Shown: positions 1 through 10,160, counted from the first letter of the stretch. The stretch: 64,000 bases of DNA from an uncultured virus (IMG/VR IMGVR_UViG_3300008120_010307) (IMGVR_UViG_3300008120_010307); one strand, 5' to 3'. Program-made: numbers and translations. Notes: generated by a model from the letters alone, not told the origin.

Positions 1-948
1 TCATCTGGTACGAGCGGTTCATCAGGAACATCTGGCTCATCAGGAACATCTGGCTCTTCTGGCTCAAGTGGAACATCAGGTAGCTCAGGTTCAAGTGGAA
101 CATCAGGTAGCTCAGGTTCAAGTGGAACATCTGGTTCATCTGGAACAAGTGGTAGCTCAGGTTCTTCAGGAACAAGCGGAAGCTCAGGAACCTCTGGTTC
201 ATCGGGTACTAGTGGAGTTAGTGGAGCAAGTGGAACATCAGGTTCATCAGGAACAAGTGGCTCGAGTGGTACATCTGGTTCTTCAGGAACATCTGGTTCG
301 AGTGGTTTATCAGGTACGAGCGGTAGCTCAGGAACGTCTGGTTCATCAGGAACCTCAGGTAGCTCAGGAACGTCTGGTTCATCAGGAACCTCAGGTAGCT
401 CAGGAACGTCTGGTTCATCTGGTACGAGCGGTAGCTCAGGTACATCAGGAACTGCAACAATCAATAACAACACAAACAACTACATTCTTACCGCAACAGG
501 AACTGCTGGTGTCATAAATGGTGAACAAAACTTTACGTTTGATGGTACAAACGCTGTAATGGGATTACAGACAGAAGCAACATTCACTTTGTATGGAGAC
601 TTTACAGCGTCTTCTAAATCATTCGACATTCCTCACCCAACAAAATCTGGAATGAGGTTGAGATACGGTGTGTTGGAAGGTCCTGAACATGGTGTATATG
701 TCAGAGGTGTTGTAACTTCAAATGTAATTGAATTACCAGATTATTGGACCGAGTTAGTTGATTCAAATAGTATAACGGTTCAGTTTACATCAATCGGAGA
801 ACCAAACACTCACTTTGTTGTTAAAATTGAAGATAATAAAGTTTATGTTGATTCAGAAAAAGGAAATATAAACGCTTACTTCTTCATACAAGCTGAACGT
901 AAAGACGTAAATCCACCACTACTCGAATACATTCCAACGAAACCTTAA
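1..948 (+). CDS. 5'-truncated (Gly-X-Ser)n collagen-like fibre protein with phage fibre C-terminal domain
   Basis: Frame +1 is open from base 1 (SSGTSGSSGTSG... to ~450) and runs into the 559..948 ORF. The C-terminus KSFDIPHP..LRYGVLEGPEHGVYVRG resembles domains seen at the ends of phage fibre proteins. Confidence 0.8.
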   Translation, partial: SSGTSGSSGTSGSSGTSGSSGSSGTSGSSGSSGTSGSSGSSGTSGSSGTSGSSGSSGTSGSSGTSGSSGTSGVSGASGTSGSSGTSGSSGTSGSSGTSGSSGLSGTSGSSGTSGSSGTSGSSGTSGSSGTSGSSGTSGSSGTSGSSGTSGTATINNNTNNYILTATGTAGVINGEQNFTFDGTNAVMGLQTEATFTLYGDFTASSKSFDIPHPTKSGMRLRYGVLEGPEHGVYVRGVVTSNVIELPDYWTELVDSNSITVQFTSIGEPNTHFVVKIEDNKVYVDSEKGNINAYFFIQAERKDVNPPLLEYIPTKP

Positions 949-958
949 AAATAAATTC

Positions 959-989
959 AAGGAGAGAAGAAATTCTCTCCTTTTTTTTT
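959..989 (+). terminator. Rho-independent terminator
   Basis: AAGGAGAGAA-gaaa-TTCTCTCCTT perfect stem followed by a T run, just after the fibre gene stop. Confidence 0.85.
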
Positions 990-1017
990 ATTTAATTGTT
1001 ATATTAAAAGAAAAAAC

Positions 1018-1404
1018 ATGAGGAAACCTTCAGTTGTAAATGTTCATGAGTGTCCCGAATGCAAAATACCAAAGGGTTGGGGGCATGAAATTATTATAAT
1101 AAATGACCCACTTTATTGTGGTAAAGTTTTAGTATTCAAAAAGGGTGCAAAGTTCTCTATGCATTATCATATGATTAAAGACGAAACTTGGTATGTAAAT
1201 TCAGGTGAGTTTATTTATAGATGGATTGATGTGGAAACCGCAGATACTATGGAAACAATACTAAAACCTGGTGATACTGTTAGACAATTACCTGGTCAAC
1301 CACATCAATTAGAAGCTATCACTGATGGCGAAGTATTTGAAGTATCAACTCAACATTTTGATTCAGATTCATATAGAGTATGGAAAGGGGACAGCCAAAA
1401 ATAA
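1018..1404 (+). CDS. cupin-fold sugar isomerase-like protein
   Basis: KGWGHE...YCGK...SMHYH..KDETWYV...PGQPH cupin motifs; first gene of the heptose-type operon. Confidence 0.75.
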   Translation: MRKPSVVNVHECPECKIPKGWGHEIIIINDPLYCGKVLVFKKGAKFSMHYHMIKDETWYVNSGEFIYRWIDVETADTMETILKPGDTVRQLPGQPHQLEAITDGEVFEVSTQHFDSDSYRVWKGDSQK

Positions 1405-1685
1405 TATACGTAGATATAGATGGGACTATTTGTAGTTTAGTCAAAGATTATAACGAAGCGGAACCATTCCCTCATCATATTGATAAAATAAATAAATTGT
1501 ATGATGAAGGTCACACGATTGTTTATTATACTGCAAGAGGGCAGAAAACAAAACGTGATTGGAGTGAACTGACATTCAAACAATTGAATGAGTGGGGTTG
1601 TAAGTTTCACGAATTAAAAATGAACCACAAACCCCATTATGATTTGATAATTTGTGACAAATCAAAAAGAATTGAAGAATTATGA
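1380..1685 (+). CDS. small capless HAD-family phosphatase
   Basis: DIDGT motif I, YTARG motif II, KP and CDK motifs. Confidence 0.75.
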   Translation: MERGQPKIIYVDIDGTICSLVKDYNEAEPFPHHIDKINKLYDEGHTIVYYTARGQKTKRDWSELTFKQLNEWGCKFHELKMNHKPHYDLIICDKSKRIEEL

Positions 1686-2071
1686 AAGTTTGGGTAAATG
1701 GTACATTTGACATATTACACATAGGTCATATAAAACTTTTGGAATTTGCATCTCAATTTGGTTATTTAAGAGTAGGAATAGACACAGATAAAAGAGTTAA
1801 AGAATTGAAAGGGGAAGACAGACCCTTCAACACTCAAGATGATAGAAAAAAAATGCTAGAATCCATAAAATTTGTTGATGAAGTGGTGTTATTCGATTCA
1901 AGAGAAGAACTCATCGAAAACGTAAAAAACTTCTCACCTGACATTATGGTCATCGGTGATGATTATAAAGAACAAATAGTGTACGGAAGTGAACACGCAA
2001 AAAAACTTGTTTTCTTTGAAAAAATACCAAACTATAGTTCAACAAAAATTTTAAATTATTATAAAAAATGA
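1682..2071 (+). CDS. RfaE/HldE domain II-like adenylyl/cytidylyltransferase
   Basis: NGTFDILHIGH (HxGH), KGEDRP, VDEV, GDDY and SSTKI motifs. Confidence 0.85.
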   Translation: MKVWVNGTFDILHIGHIKLLEFASQFGYLRVGIDTDKRVKELKGEDRPFNTQDDRKKMLESIKFVDEVVLFDSREELIENVKNFSPDIMVIGDDYKEQIVYGSEHAKKLVFFEKIPNYSSTKILNYYKK

Positions 2072-2808
2072 TAAAAATACTTGTTGTTGGAGAACTTTGT
2101 GAAGATAATTTCATATACGGAGAGTGTAAAAGACTTTGTCCTGAAGCTCCAGTTCCTGTAATGAATCCTGTACAAACCATACAAAATCCTGGAATGTCAG
2201 GTAATGTTGTGGAGAACCTCAAGGCTCTTGAGCAAGATTGTAGTATTGAGCATTGGTATCAAAGTGAAAGAGTATTCAAAACTAGATTTGTTGATAGAAA
2301 AACTAATCACATGTTTTTGAGATTGGATGACGGTGAGTCATATATTTCACCTATGACCCATTCACAGGAAAGATTGTCTAGTATAAAAAATTTCGATATT
2401 GTTATTGTATCTGATTATAATAAAGGTTTTTTAGATGATGAATGGTTAAAATATTTGGGGAAATTCTCCAAACTTTCCATTCTCGACTCCAAAAGAAAAC
2501 TAAATAGAGAAATAGTCGATTCATTTACGTTTGTAAAGTTGAATGAAAAAGAGGCTAATAACAATTTAGATTTACAAAATTGTAAAAACATAATAGTCAC
2601 TTTAGGGGAAAAAGGTGCTAAGTATGACGGTACCATTTATAAAAGCCCCAAACCACAAGAAACGATAGATGTCAGTGGAGCTGGTGATACATTCACTACT
2701 GCCTTTATATTGGCTTATTTCAAAACGAAAGACATTGAAGAGTCAATAATCTATGCTAATGAAAAATCTTCGATAGTGGTTTCTAAAAGAGGAGTAGCAA
2801 CCCCTTAA
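2068..2808 (+). CDS. RfaE/HldE domain I-like heptose-7-phosphate kinase (PfkB family)
   Basis: RLCPEAPVPV, SDYNKG and DVSGAGDTF motifs characteristic of the HldE kinase domain. Confidence 0.85.
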   Translation: MIKILVVGELCEDNFIYGECKRLCPEAPVPVMNPVQTIQNPGMSGNVVENLKALEQDCSIEHWYQSERVFKTRFVDRKTNHMFLRLDDGESYISPMTHSQERLSSIKNFDIVIVSDYNKGFLDDEWLKYLGKFSKLSILDSKRKLNREIVDSFTFVKLNEKEANNNLDLQNCKNIIVTLGEKGAKYDGTIYKSPKPQETIDVSGAGDTFTTAFILAYFKTKDIEESIIYANEKSSIVVSKRGVATP

Positions 2809-3437
2809 TATTTATAAAAATTTTCTTGATGTCTTCGATAATAGAGGAGACCCTCTTCCACATGACTTAAAGTCGCACCTCTTTTTATCATTTTTTCCCA
2901 TAGATTCAGGTCCTCATCTGTCCTTATACTTGTAAAATTATTTGCATAACCACCACTTTCTAATGCAAGTTTTGTGTTATATAACATAGACCCATGATGT
3001 TTGAATTTTCTGGACCAATAAAAATCACCCATAGTTTTAGTTATTTCATTTGGGTAAGTAGTAATTATTTCATGTCTTAGTGTTCCTGTAACTATAACAT
3101 CAAAAGTTACAATATCGGTGTGAGGTTTCATATAAGTTAAACGCTCTAGTGTATCTGCACGCAACCAATTATCCGCACCTAAAAACATTACGAAATCAGT
3201 ATCTACTTTTTGGAGCATATCTTGGAAATTTTTGACAACCCCATAATTTTCTTTCCTGAAAACAAAATGTATTGTAGGATATAATTTTTCAAGAAAATAA
3301 CAATCACCTACACCATCGTCTACAAACCATATTTTGTCAAATTTTTTTGTTTGACATAGAACTGATTCTATGCAATGGGATGCTAAGTGACCATATTTGT
3401 ATGAACTAATAACTAAACCGTAAGTTTTATTTTTCAT
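2805..3437 (-). CDS. GT2-family glycosyltransferase
   Basis: CIESVLCQT, VDDG, FLGADN, EDLNLW, YYRRH. Confidence 0.8.
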   Translation of the reverse strand: MKNKTYGLVISSYKYGHLASHCIESVLCQTKKFDKIWFVDDGVGDCYFLEKLYPTIHFVFRKENYGVVKNFQDMLQKVDTDFVMFLGADNWLRADTLERLTYMKPHTDIVTFDVIVTGTLRHEIITTYPNEITKTMGDFYWSRKFKHHGSMLYNTKLALESGGYANNFTSIRTDEDLNLWEKMIKRGATLSHVEEGLLYYRRHQENFYKY

Positions 3438-4317
3438 AATTTAACCAATTATTTATTTTATCCATCACCATTTGTGGTGTTATTGATGTGTGACATTCAA
3501 ACTGTCTCTCAGTACCTTTATGTTTGGGACACCAATACCAGTCTTCATTGTCAAAATATAGTCCCTTTCCGACCTGATTCCAACATCCATGACAAACAGA
3601 TTTATTTGTAATTCTAACGTAATCATTTGTTGATAAATCAAATTCATGTGATTCTTCGGTGAAATTAGAAATCATACAAACCTTTTTTCCCATGGCATGA
3701 GCCAACCATGAAAGTCCTGAAGAAAGTCCAATAAAAAACTCTGAGTGGTGAATGTAATTCATAGTATCCAAAAGGGATATACCAAAAACTTTTTGGGCTT
3801 TTGTTGGCATTCCATTTCTGAATGGAGGTAGTCCGAACATTTCATCCCTTTCAATTATTACAGGGGTATATCCCTTTTTTCTTATCATACCTGAAAGTTC
3901 GGACCAATTTGGTGATAATGGTTGAACAGAGATACCATCTTTATGATTCCAATATTTTAACTGTGATGTTGAGTGTATACTCATGGAAACATATTTATTT
4001 TTTATTGGTCTATCAGATGTGAATGAATCAACTTTTGGTCTAATATATGACCAATCTATAAATCCGAGTTGATTGGCGTATCCTGTTTGTAATGGTTTAG
4101 TGTGGTTATAGACCAAATCAATTTTTTTATCAAAATTCATATCCTCCGAAAAATATTTTATTTTCGGAAAAGAATTTCTAAATAAAAATTCGAAGTTTTT
4201 GTTTATTTGTAACAAAACATTATCACTACTTCGCTCAATGAAATAATCAACACATGGCATGATGGCGATTGTATCTCCTAATGAGTTTGAAAGTAGTTTA
4301 ATCAAGATTGTTTTCAT
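3427..4317 (-). CDS. Aah/TibC-family protein O-heptosyltransferase
   Basis: SLGDTIA, KYWN, FIGLSSGLSWLA, ISNFT..HEF and the four-Cys iron-finger motif CHGCWN...WCPKHKGTERQFEC. Confidence 0.85.
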   Translation of the reverse strand: MKTILIKLLSNSLGDTIAIMPCVDYFIERSSDNVLLQINKNFEFLFRNSFPKIKYFSEDMNFDKKIDLVYNHTKPLQTGYANQLGFIDWSYIRPKVDSFTSDRPIKNKYVSMSIHSTSQLKYWNHKDGISVQPLSPNWSELSGMIRKKGYTPVIIERDEMFGLPPFRNGMPTKAQKVFGISLLDTMNYIHHSEFFIGLSSGLSWLAHAMGKKVCMISNFTEESHEFDLSTNDYVRITNKSVCHGCWNQVGKGLYFDNEDWYWCPKHKGTERQFECHTSITPQMVMDKINNWLNYEK

Positions 4318-6596
4318 AATTCTAAACTTTGGAAAACTTGTAATGGTGTTATTGACCTTTGACAGATGTGCTGTTTTTTAGTTCCCTTATAGACGGGACA
4401 CCAATCCCAATCTCCAGCATCAAAAACAAATACTTCATCATTCCAACAAAATATACAAACGTTGTTTTGAATACGTGTTATTTTACTTGTGAATTCATGA
4501 CCAGGTTTAGAAAAACCATTTATCATGTAAGTATGTTTACCCAAACCCCAATTCAACCAAGAAAGTCCTGAACCTAACCCTATGAATGCTTTTGCATGAT
4601 ATAAGTAATTTGCAACCACATTCAAACTTTCACCCCAAATATTTGTCGTACCTTCAATCATGAAAGGGTTTTTTGTTATGATAACAACTTCATATCCTAT
4701 TTCTTGCAACAATTTTGATAAGGTTACCCAACTATTATAGTCCCATTCTTTACAACCTGAAGTTGCGTTTGGTCCAAATACAACATAATCTTTATCTAAT
4801 GGAGAATCACCTTTTTTGAAATCTAAACCTAAGTTCAATTCTTGAAAATCTAATCCCAAAATGTCTGAGGATGTCTGTTGTAATGGGATTAAATTTACTT
4901 GATTTGGGTATTTGTCAAAAACTTCCCATTTATTATTTTCTTTGAACCAGCCAATCCTGTATATTGCATGACACGTATGAGAAACACCTGGTTTAATAAA
5001 TTTGATATTTTCGTATGTCTTTAAATTTTGGAAAAACTCATTATGAAAGGTTGCCATAATAACTTTACATTTATGTTTTTCTGCAAATTTTACGGCATAT
5101 GGTGTCCAAGCTATTGTGTCACCAAGAGAACTTGACTCCAAGGTTATCATCACTTCTTTACCCTCTAAGTCTAACTTATCGAATAATTTTCCATTTATCT
5201 TTATTTCCCATGGAATGTAATATTTTTTTCCGCAAGCGGTCCACATGTTATTACTTATTGTTTCTGAATGTATAACTTCTCCTGTATCCGAATTTATAAA
5301 TTCAACAAGATAATTTTCCTTATCGTCTCCCAAAACCTCAACTCTCGGACCATCTAAATATGAAACAATAATTTCATTTTTTTTCTTTGGTTTGGGGGGT
5401 AATGATTTATGTCTTTTCAAAAAATCTTTGATTGTATCTAACCCAATCTTAGCAACATTTTCCCAATTGAAATCTTTTCTAATTTTTTCGGAATCAATCA
5501 ACGCAGTTTTTTTAATGGATTCGTAATTTTCGTAGGCGTATTTCATTACTCTCGATAAATCCTCAAAATCAGGTTCATAGTAATTCCCAACATTGTCGTT
5601 AAAATGGTTGTAAGTACTTGCACTTACAGGTAGCTCGTGTGATATTTTTACAGGAAGACCTTTGTTTTTTGCAAATTCTAACTGACCTGAACAGTTCGAA
5701 TATATTGATGGTGTACCACAAGCCATAGATTCAATTAGAGGAAGGTTCCAACCTTCAGACCTCGCACATGAAACAAATACACTACATGATTTTAGAAGTT
5801 TGATGTACTCTTCTCTTGGTGGAAAATGTAAAATTTTTATTCTTTCATCTTCAAGTTCATAATGTTTCAATCTTTCTTCAGTGGAGCTCAATCCATCGTT
5901 GGAAAAAGGATTATCTACTGATATTATCAATTCAACATTTACAGTTTTATCAAACGTTTTTATAAATGTTTCGATAATTTCCTTTATCGATTTCCTGTAG
6001 TCCCAACGACCGGCTAAGAAGAATGTAAATTTTCCTTCGGTCAAAGGGTGTTTTGCATTCTTATCGGGATAAAAAGTTTTGATGTCTACACCTTCAGGGA
6101 CAACTTTTATTTTATCTGAGGGATATCCTTGTTTCACAGTACAATCTTTCTGCCATTCAGAAGGAACCCACAATTCGTCAAACTCTAATAATTTATTAAA
6201 ATAACCCTGTGGTTGTAGTGTAGACTCCCAAACATTATATGCAATCTTTGGACCCTCGTATTCATCATAAAAAAGATTATGATTAGTTTCACACAAAACT
6301 ATGTTCAAGTCCTGTTCGAACTCTTTGGATTCATCAGGATAGATTTTATAATTACTTCTTTTACCTCTAGCGGCATCATCCCAAAGTACTTGTTCATATA
6401 ATAATTCTCTATCTGTTTGGTTGAAATATGGTTCTTCATTGTGAGGTTCTAAGTTGTAACCTTTCCAAGAGTTTCCAACGGTAAAATTTCGGAACTTTAT
6501 TTTGGCATGTTTTGATAAATGTCTAAAAAAATCCCTCGTGTGTTGATTATAACCTGTATTTCCAACGTAGGAACCGTGTGCATATATTTTAATCAT
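4314..6596 (-). CDS. fusion of GT4 (GT-B) glycosyltransferase and Aah/TibC-family heptosyltransferase
   Basis: N-half has RSEGWNLPLIESMACGTP (ExxxxxxxE). C-half has SLGDTIAW, FIGLGSGLSWL and CIFCWN...WCP...HIC. Confidence 0.85.
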   Translation of the reverse strand: MIKIYAHGSYVGNTGYNQHTRDFFRHLSKHAKIKFRNFTVGNSWKGYNLEPHNEEPYFNQTDRELLYEQVLWDDAARGKRSNYKIYPDESKEFEQDLNIVLCETNHNLFYDEYEGPKIAYNVWESTLQPQGYFNKLLEFDELWVPSEWQKDCTVKQGYPSDKIKVVPEGVDIKTFYPDKNAKHPLTEGKFTFFLAGRWDYRKSIKEIIETFIKTFDKTVNVELIISVDNPFSNDGLSSTEERLKHYELEDERIKILHFPPREEYIKLLKSCSVFVSCARSEGWNLPLIESMACGTPSIYSNCSGQLEFAKNKGLPVKISHELPVSASTYNHFNDNVGNYYEPDFEDLSRVMKYAYENYESIKKTALIDSEKIRKDFNWENVAKIGLDTIKDFLKRHKSLPPKPKKKNEIIVSYLDGPRVEVLGDDKENYLVEFINSDTGEVIHSETISNNMWTACGKKYYIPWEIKINGKLFDKLDLEGKEVMITLESSSLGDTIAWTPYAVKFAEKHKCKVIMATFHNEFFQNLKTYENIKFIKPGVSHTCHAIYRIGWFKENNKWEVFDKYPNQVNLIPLQQTSSDILGLDFQELNLGLDFKKGDSPLDKDYVVFGPNATSGCKEWDYNSWVTLSKLLQEIGYEVVIITKNPFMIEGTTNIWGESLNVVANYLYHAKAFIGLGSGLSWLNWGLGKHTYMINGFSKPGHEFTSKITRIQNNVCIFCWNDEVFVFDAGDWDWCPVYKGTKKQHICQRSITPLQVFQSLEL

Positions 6597-6648
6597 TAGG
6601 ACAAATTTTATTGAAATATAGTTAAATTCAAACTATAATTAAAGTAGA

Positions 6649-8511
6649 ATGCAGATAAAAAACCCCAACATAATCCTTATTCAACTTTGGATTGGAAAAA
6701 TACCTGATTATTTTTGGTATCACTATGAAACAACTAAAAATCTAAATATAGATTTTCTTTTTGTAACTGACCAAGATATTGATTTGAATAGTAAAAATTA
6801 CAAAGTTATTAAAGTAGGGATAGAATCCTTAGAAAAACTCATCAAGTCGAAAATTGGGATAGACTACAAAATTAATAATCTCAGGAATGTTTGTATTTTA
6901 AAATCATCTTTGGGTGATTTGTTTTCTGAACATCTGAGAGGTTATGATTTTTTTGGGCATTACGACATTGATACTCTTTTTGGTGACTTGAGAAAATTTG
7001 TTGACCCGTATTTGGAATCTTTCGATGTTATTTCTTTTGGAGAACGAAACTATCATGATAGAATTTCTGGACCCCTTACCATAATTAAAAACACCGAGCA
7101 AAACAGAACTATTTACAAAATAAAGTTTGCTGAATTCGTAAACAATTTAATAAACTACGATGTAATTGCTTTCGATGAAAATGAATTAAACGAACTTCAT
7201 CAAAAAAATTCCAAAGTAAAAATTCTTTATGATTGTTCAAATTTTGATGTTATAGAAGGAAAGTTGATTCCAAATTGTAAATGGTTTGGAGGAAAGGTTT
7301 ATGTAAACTCGGAAGAAAAATTACTACATCATTTTTATAATAAGAATAACACAAAACTGAGTCGAATTGGTAATACGATAACTTGCACAAACTCCAAAAA
7401 ATTTTCTGATGACTTCATGTGGGTGACCTACTTCACTGAAAATTATGAAAAATTACTCGAGGGTTTTATCGATTCCATTCGAAAATATTCAAACAGAAAA
7501 TGTCTTTTGTATACAATAAACTATACCTCTGAACTTATTACTAATTTAGATGAACAGTTCATAGTTAGGAGATTAGATTTACCAAAAGGTGATTTAGACG
7601 TAAATGGAAGAGATATAACTGTGTTATCATCAAAACCAATTATTCTTTCGGATGCGATAAACTATCTAAGTGATACTAAATTTGTTTACATTGACACTGA
7701 TGTTTATTTAACCAATGTTTCCGATGACTTAGGAAACTTTTTCGATGAAATCGAAAATTATCCTTTGATGAATTCCCACGTCCATGATAGACTTTATGCT
7801 AACGATATATTACCTACACGTGAATGGGTAAGCACTTTAGATATATTGTCAGAGGTCACTAATATACCAATAAGAATATTTCCTAGAAGAAAATGCAACG
7901 TAATCCTTTTTGATAAAAATTCAAGATGGTTCTTTGAAGAACAGATGGAAATATACAACAAATACAAAAATACAAAACCAGGGATATTCAGATTACACGA
8001 CGAAGACTCGGCTAATATATTATTATCTAAATATGAATTAAAAAAATCACTTCCATTAATTGATATGGAAGAATCACCATTTTTAGATATGCAAAAAATT
8101 AAAAATTACAGCTACAATATAAGTTTAATTTCCGAACATGTTAAATTACCAAAAAATGAAAATGAGATTTATATATTTCACGGATTCAAAGACTTTGAAT
8201 TCTACAAAAAAATAAGAGAAAACTACGGTAAAACTGTTTTGTGCGAGGATGATTTTTTGGTAAACTTTAAAAACAACACATTGTTCTTTCAAAGAAACTC
8301 TTTTTTAACAGGTAAAAAAATTGAAGATACTGTCAACTTCGTTGTCAGAAATAGTGAAAAAAAAGAAATTCTAAATTTACAAAATCAAAAAATTTTTAAT
8401 TATTGGACTTTTTTTATTTCGGACATAAATTTGCACCACGGAAAATATTATATTGATATAATCGAGAAAAATAAAAATAGAATTATTCTAAAAACAATCT
8501 TGGAAATATGA
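6649..8511 (+). CDS. two-domain putative glycosyltransferase (DUF6625-like N-terminus plus DxD GT-A-like domain)
   Basis: GKIPDYF, DFFGHYDIDTLFGDL; second domain has SKP...FVYIDTDVY and HDE. Confidence 0.55.
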   Translation: MQIKNPNIILIQLWIGKIPDYFWYHYETTKNLNIDFLFVTDQDIDLNSKNYKVIKVGIESLEKLIKSKIGIDYKINNLRNVCILKSSLGDLFSEHLRGYDFFGHYDIDTLFGDLRKFVDPYLESFDVISFGERNYHDRISGPLTIIKNTEQNRTIYKIKFAEFVNNLINYDVIAFDENELNELHQKNSKVKILYDCSNFDVIEGKLIPNCKWFGGKVYVNSEEKLLHHFYNKNNTKLSRIGNTITCTNSKKFSDDFMWVTYFTENYEKLLEGFIDSIRKYSNRKCLLYTINYTSELITNLDEQFIVRRLDLPKGDLDVNGRDITVLSSKPIILSDAINYLSDTKFVYIDTDVYLTNVSDDLGNFFDEIENYPLMNSHVHDRLYANDILPTREWVSTLDILSEVTNIPIRIFPRRKCNVILFDKNSRWFFEEQMEIYNKYKNTKPGIFRLHDEDSANILLSKYELKKSLPLIDMEESPFLDMQKIKNYSYNISLISEHVKLPKNENEIYIFHGFKDFEFYKKIRENYGKTVLCEDDFLVNFKNNTLFFQRNSFLTGKKIEDTVNFVVRNSEKKEILNLQNQKIFNYWTFFISDINLHHGKYYIDIIEKNKNRIILKTILEI

Positions 8512-10160
8512 TTAGGTTTATCGAGTATTCTGCATCAGAAAGAAAATTAAAATATTTAAATTGTTCGAATAAAAAACTACATGTTAGGATAGATTTATAT
8601 GAAGGATACACCAATAGTTTTATGTTCAGTAATTACTTGGAACTTGACACAAATCCAAACATTCATTATTTCACATATATTCCTGGTAGTTGGAAAAATA
8701 TGAGAGCTTTTTTTTACGATTTAGAAACCAACGAATTGATTGCTCCATTTGTTTTTGATGGAAATATAGATTTGAGAGAGTACGATTATGAAAACTATCT
8801 TACAAATGTTCAAAAACAAAATACTCTCGGACAACAAGCGGGTGTAAACGATGTTCTGAGAGAACATTTCTGCGATAGACAATACGAAAATATTGTAGAT
8901 GTGGAAGAAGGAGATGTAGTTGTAGATATAGGATTCAATCACGGTATTTTTTCTTTAGGGGCAATTATGAAGAAAGCTTCAAAAATTTACGGATTCGAAC
9001 CAAATAAAAACATTTTTGAAAAGTTGAAAGATTACCCAAGAAAAGATATTGTTAAAGTTTTCAATCTTGCAGTTTCGGATAAAAATGAGACTTTAACTTT
9101 TTACGAGGGAGACAATACCTTGGGTTCATCTATTTACGACAGTGTTGTTGATTATAAAGAATCCTACCAAGTCCAGTGTGTTAATTTTTATGATTTTATT
9201 AAATCACAAGGGATTGAAAAAATAGATTTTTTGAAAATAGATTGTGAGGGTACGGAATACGAGGTTTTTGAATCTATACCTGACGTTTTTTTTAAAACAA
9301 TAAAAAAAATACATGTTGAATTTCACTTCAACACTGACTTCAGGATAAAATCTCTTATCGATAAATTAGAAAGAAATGAATTCGATTGGGAATTTGAGGA
9401 GGGAAAAGATTTTAATTCAGACATAGGATTAATTTTTGCAAAAAAGAAAGAAAAAAATTATTATGAGACTTTTGAAAAAATTAAACACATTCAACCTAAA
9501 AATGATTTCGAGAATTTTTTCTTGAATAAAAAGGGGAAAAAAAATATTCATAAGTGGTTTCATTATTTAGAGGTCTACGATAGGTATTTTTCTAAATTTA
9601 GAGGTAAAGAAATTTGTATTTTAGAAATTGGTGTAGAAAACGGAGGTTCACTTGAGATGTGGAAAAATTATTTCGGACATAAGGTAAAAATTTATGGAGT
9701 AGATATAAACCCTAATTGTAAAATATACGAAGAAGAACAAATAGAAATATTCATAGGTTCCCAAGATGATGAAGAATTTTTAGAATCGCTAAAAACTAAA
9801 ATTCCAAAATTGGATATAATAATAGACGATGGGGGGCACACAATGAGTCAACAAATTATCACGTATGAACATATGATTGACCATATGACTGATGATTCCG
9901 TATACATCTGCGAAGATTTACATACATCCTATTGGCCCAAATTCTACGGAGGAGGATTAAAAAAGGAGGGTACTTTTATAGAATATTCGAAAAACTTTAT
10001 TGATTATATAAATGCGTGGCATTCCAAACAACAGGAGATAAGATATGAAACTAAAAATATTTTTGGTATTCACTATTATGATAGTATGTTAGTTTTGGAA
10101 AAAAGAAAAATAAACGAACCGTTCCATTCAGATAATGGAATTATAAATGAAATGAGATGA
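8508..10160 (+). CDS. double methyltransferase: FkbM-family plus class I SAM sugar O-methyltransferase-like domain
   Basis: VVDIGFNHG..FEP...IDFLKIDCEG (FkbM); KWFHY, LEIGVENGGS, IIIDDGGH, YICEDL (second MTase). Confidence 0.8.
   Translation: MIRFIEYSASERKLKYLNCSNKKLHVRIDLYEGYTNSFMFSNYLELDTNPNIHYFTYIPGSWKNMRAFFYDLETNELIAPFVFDGNIDLREYDYENYLTNVQKQNTLGQQAGVNDVLREHFCDRQYENIVDVEEGDVVVDIGFNHGIFSLGAIMKKASKIYGFEPNKNIFEKLKDYPRKDIVKVFNLAVSDKNETLTFYEGDNTLGSSIYDSVVDYKESYQVQCVNFYDFIKSQGIEKIDFLKIDCEGTEYEVFESIPDVFFKTIKKIHVEFHFNTDFRIKSLIDKLERNEFDWEFEEGKDFNSDIGLIFAKKKEKNYYETFEKIKHIQPKNDFENFFLNKKGKKNIHKWFHYLEVYDRYFSKFRGKEICILEIGVENGGSLEMWKNYFGHKVKIYGVDINPNCKIYEEEQIEIFIGSQDDEEFLESLKTKIPKLDIIIDDGGHTMSQQIITYEHMIDHMTDDSVYICEDLHTSYWPKFYGGGLKKEGTFIEYSKNFIDYINAWHSKQQEIRYETKNIFGIHYYDSMLVLEKRKINEPFHSDNGIINEMR

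Noticed and set aside
68..517. 149-aa + strand ORF and 218-460 minus-strand ORF
   Set aside because: Shadow frames of the Gly-X-Ser repeat; the real frame is +1, continuous to 948.
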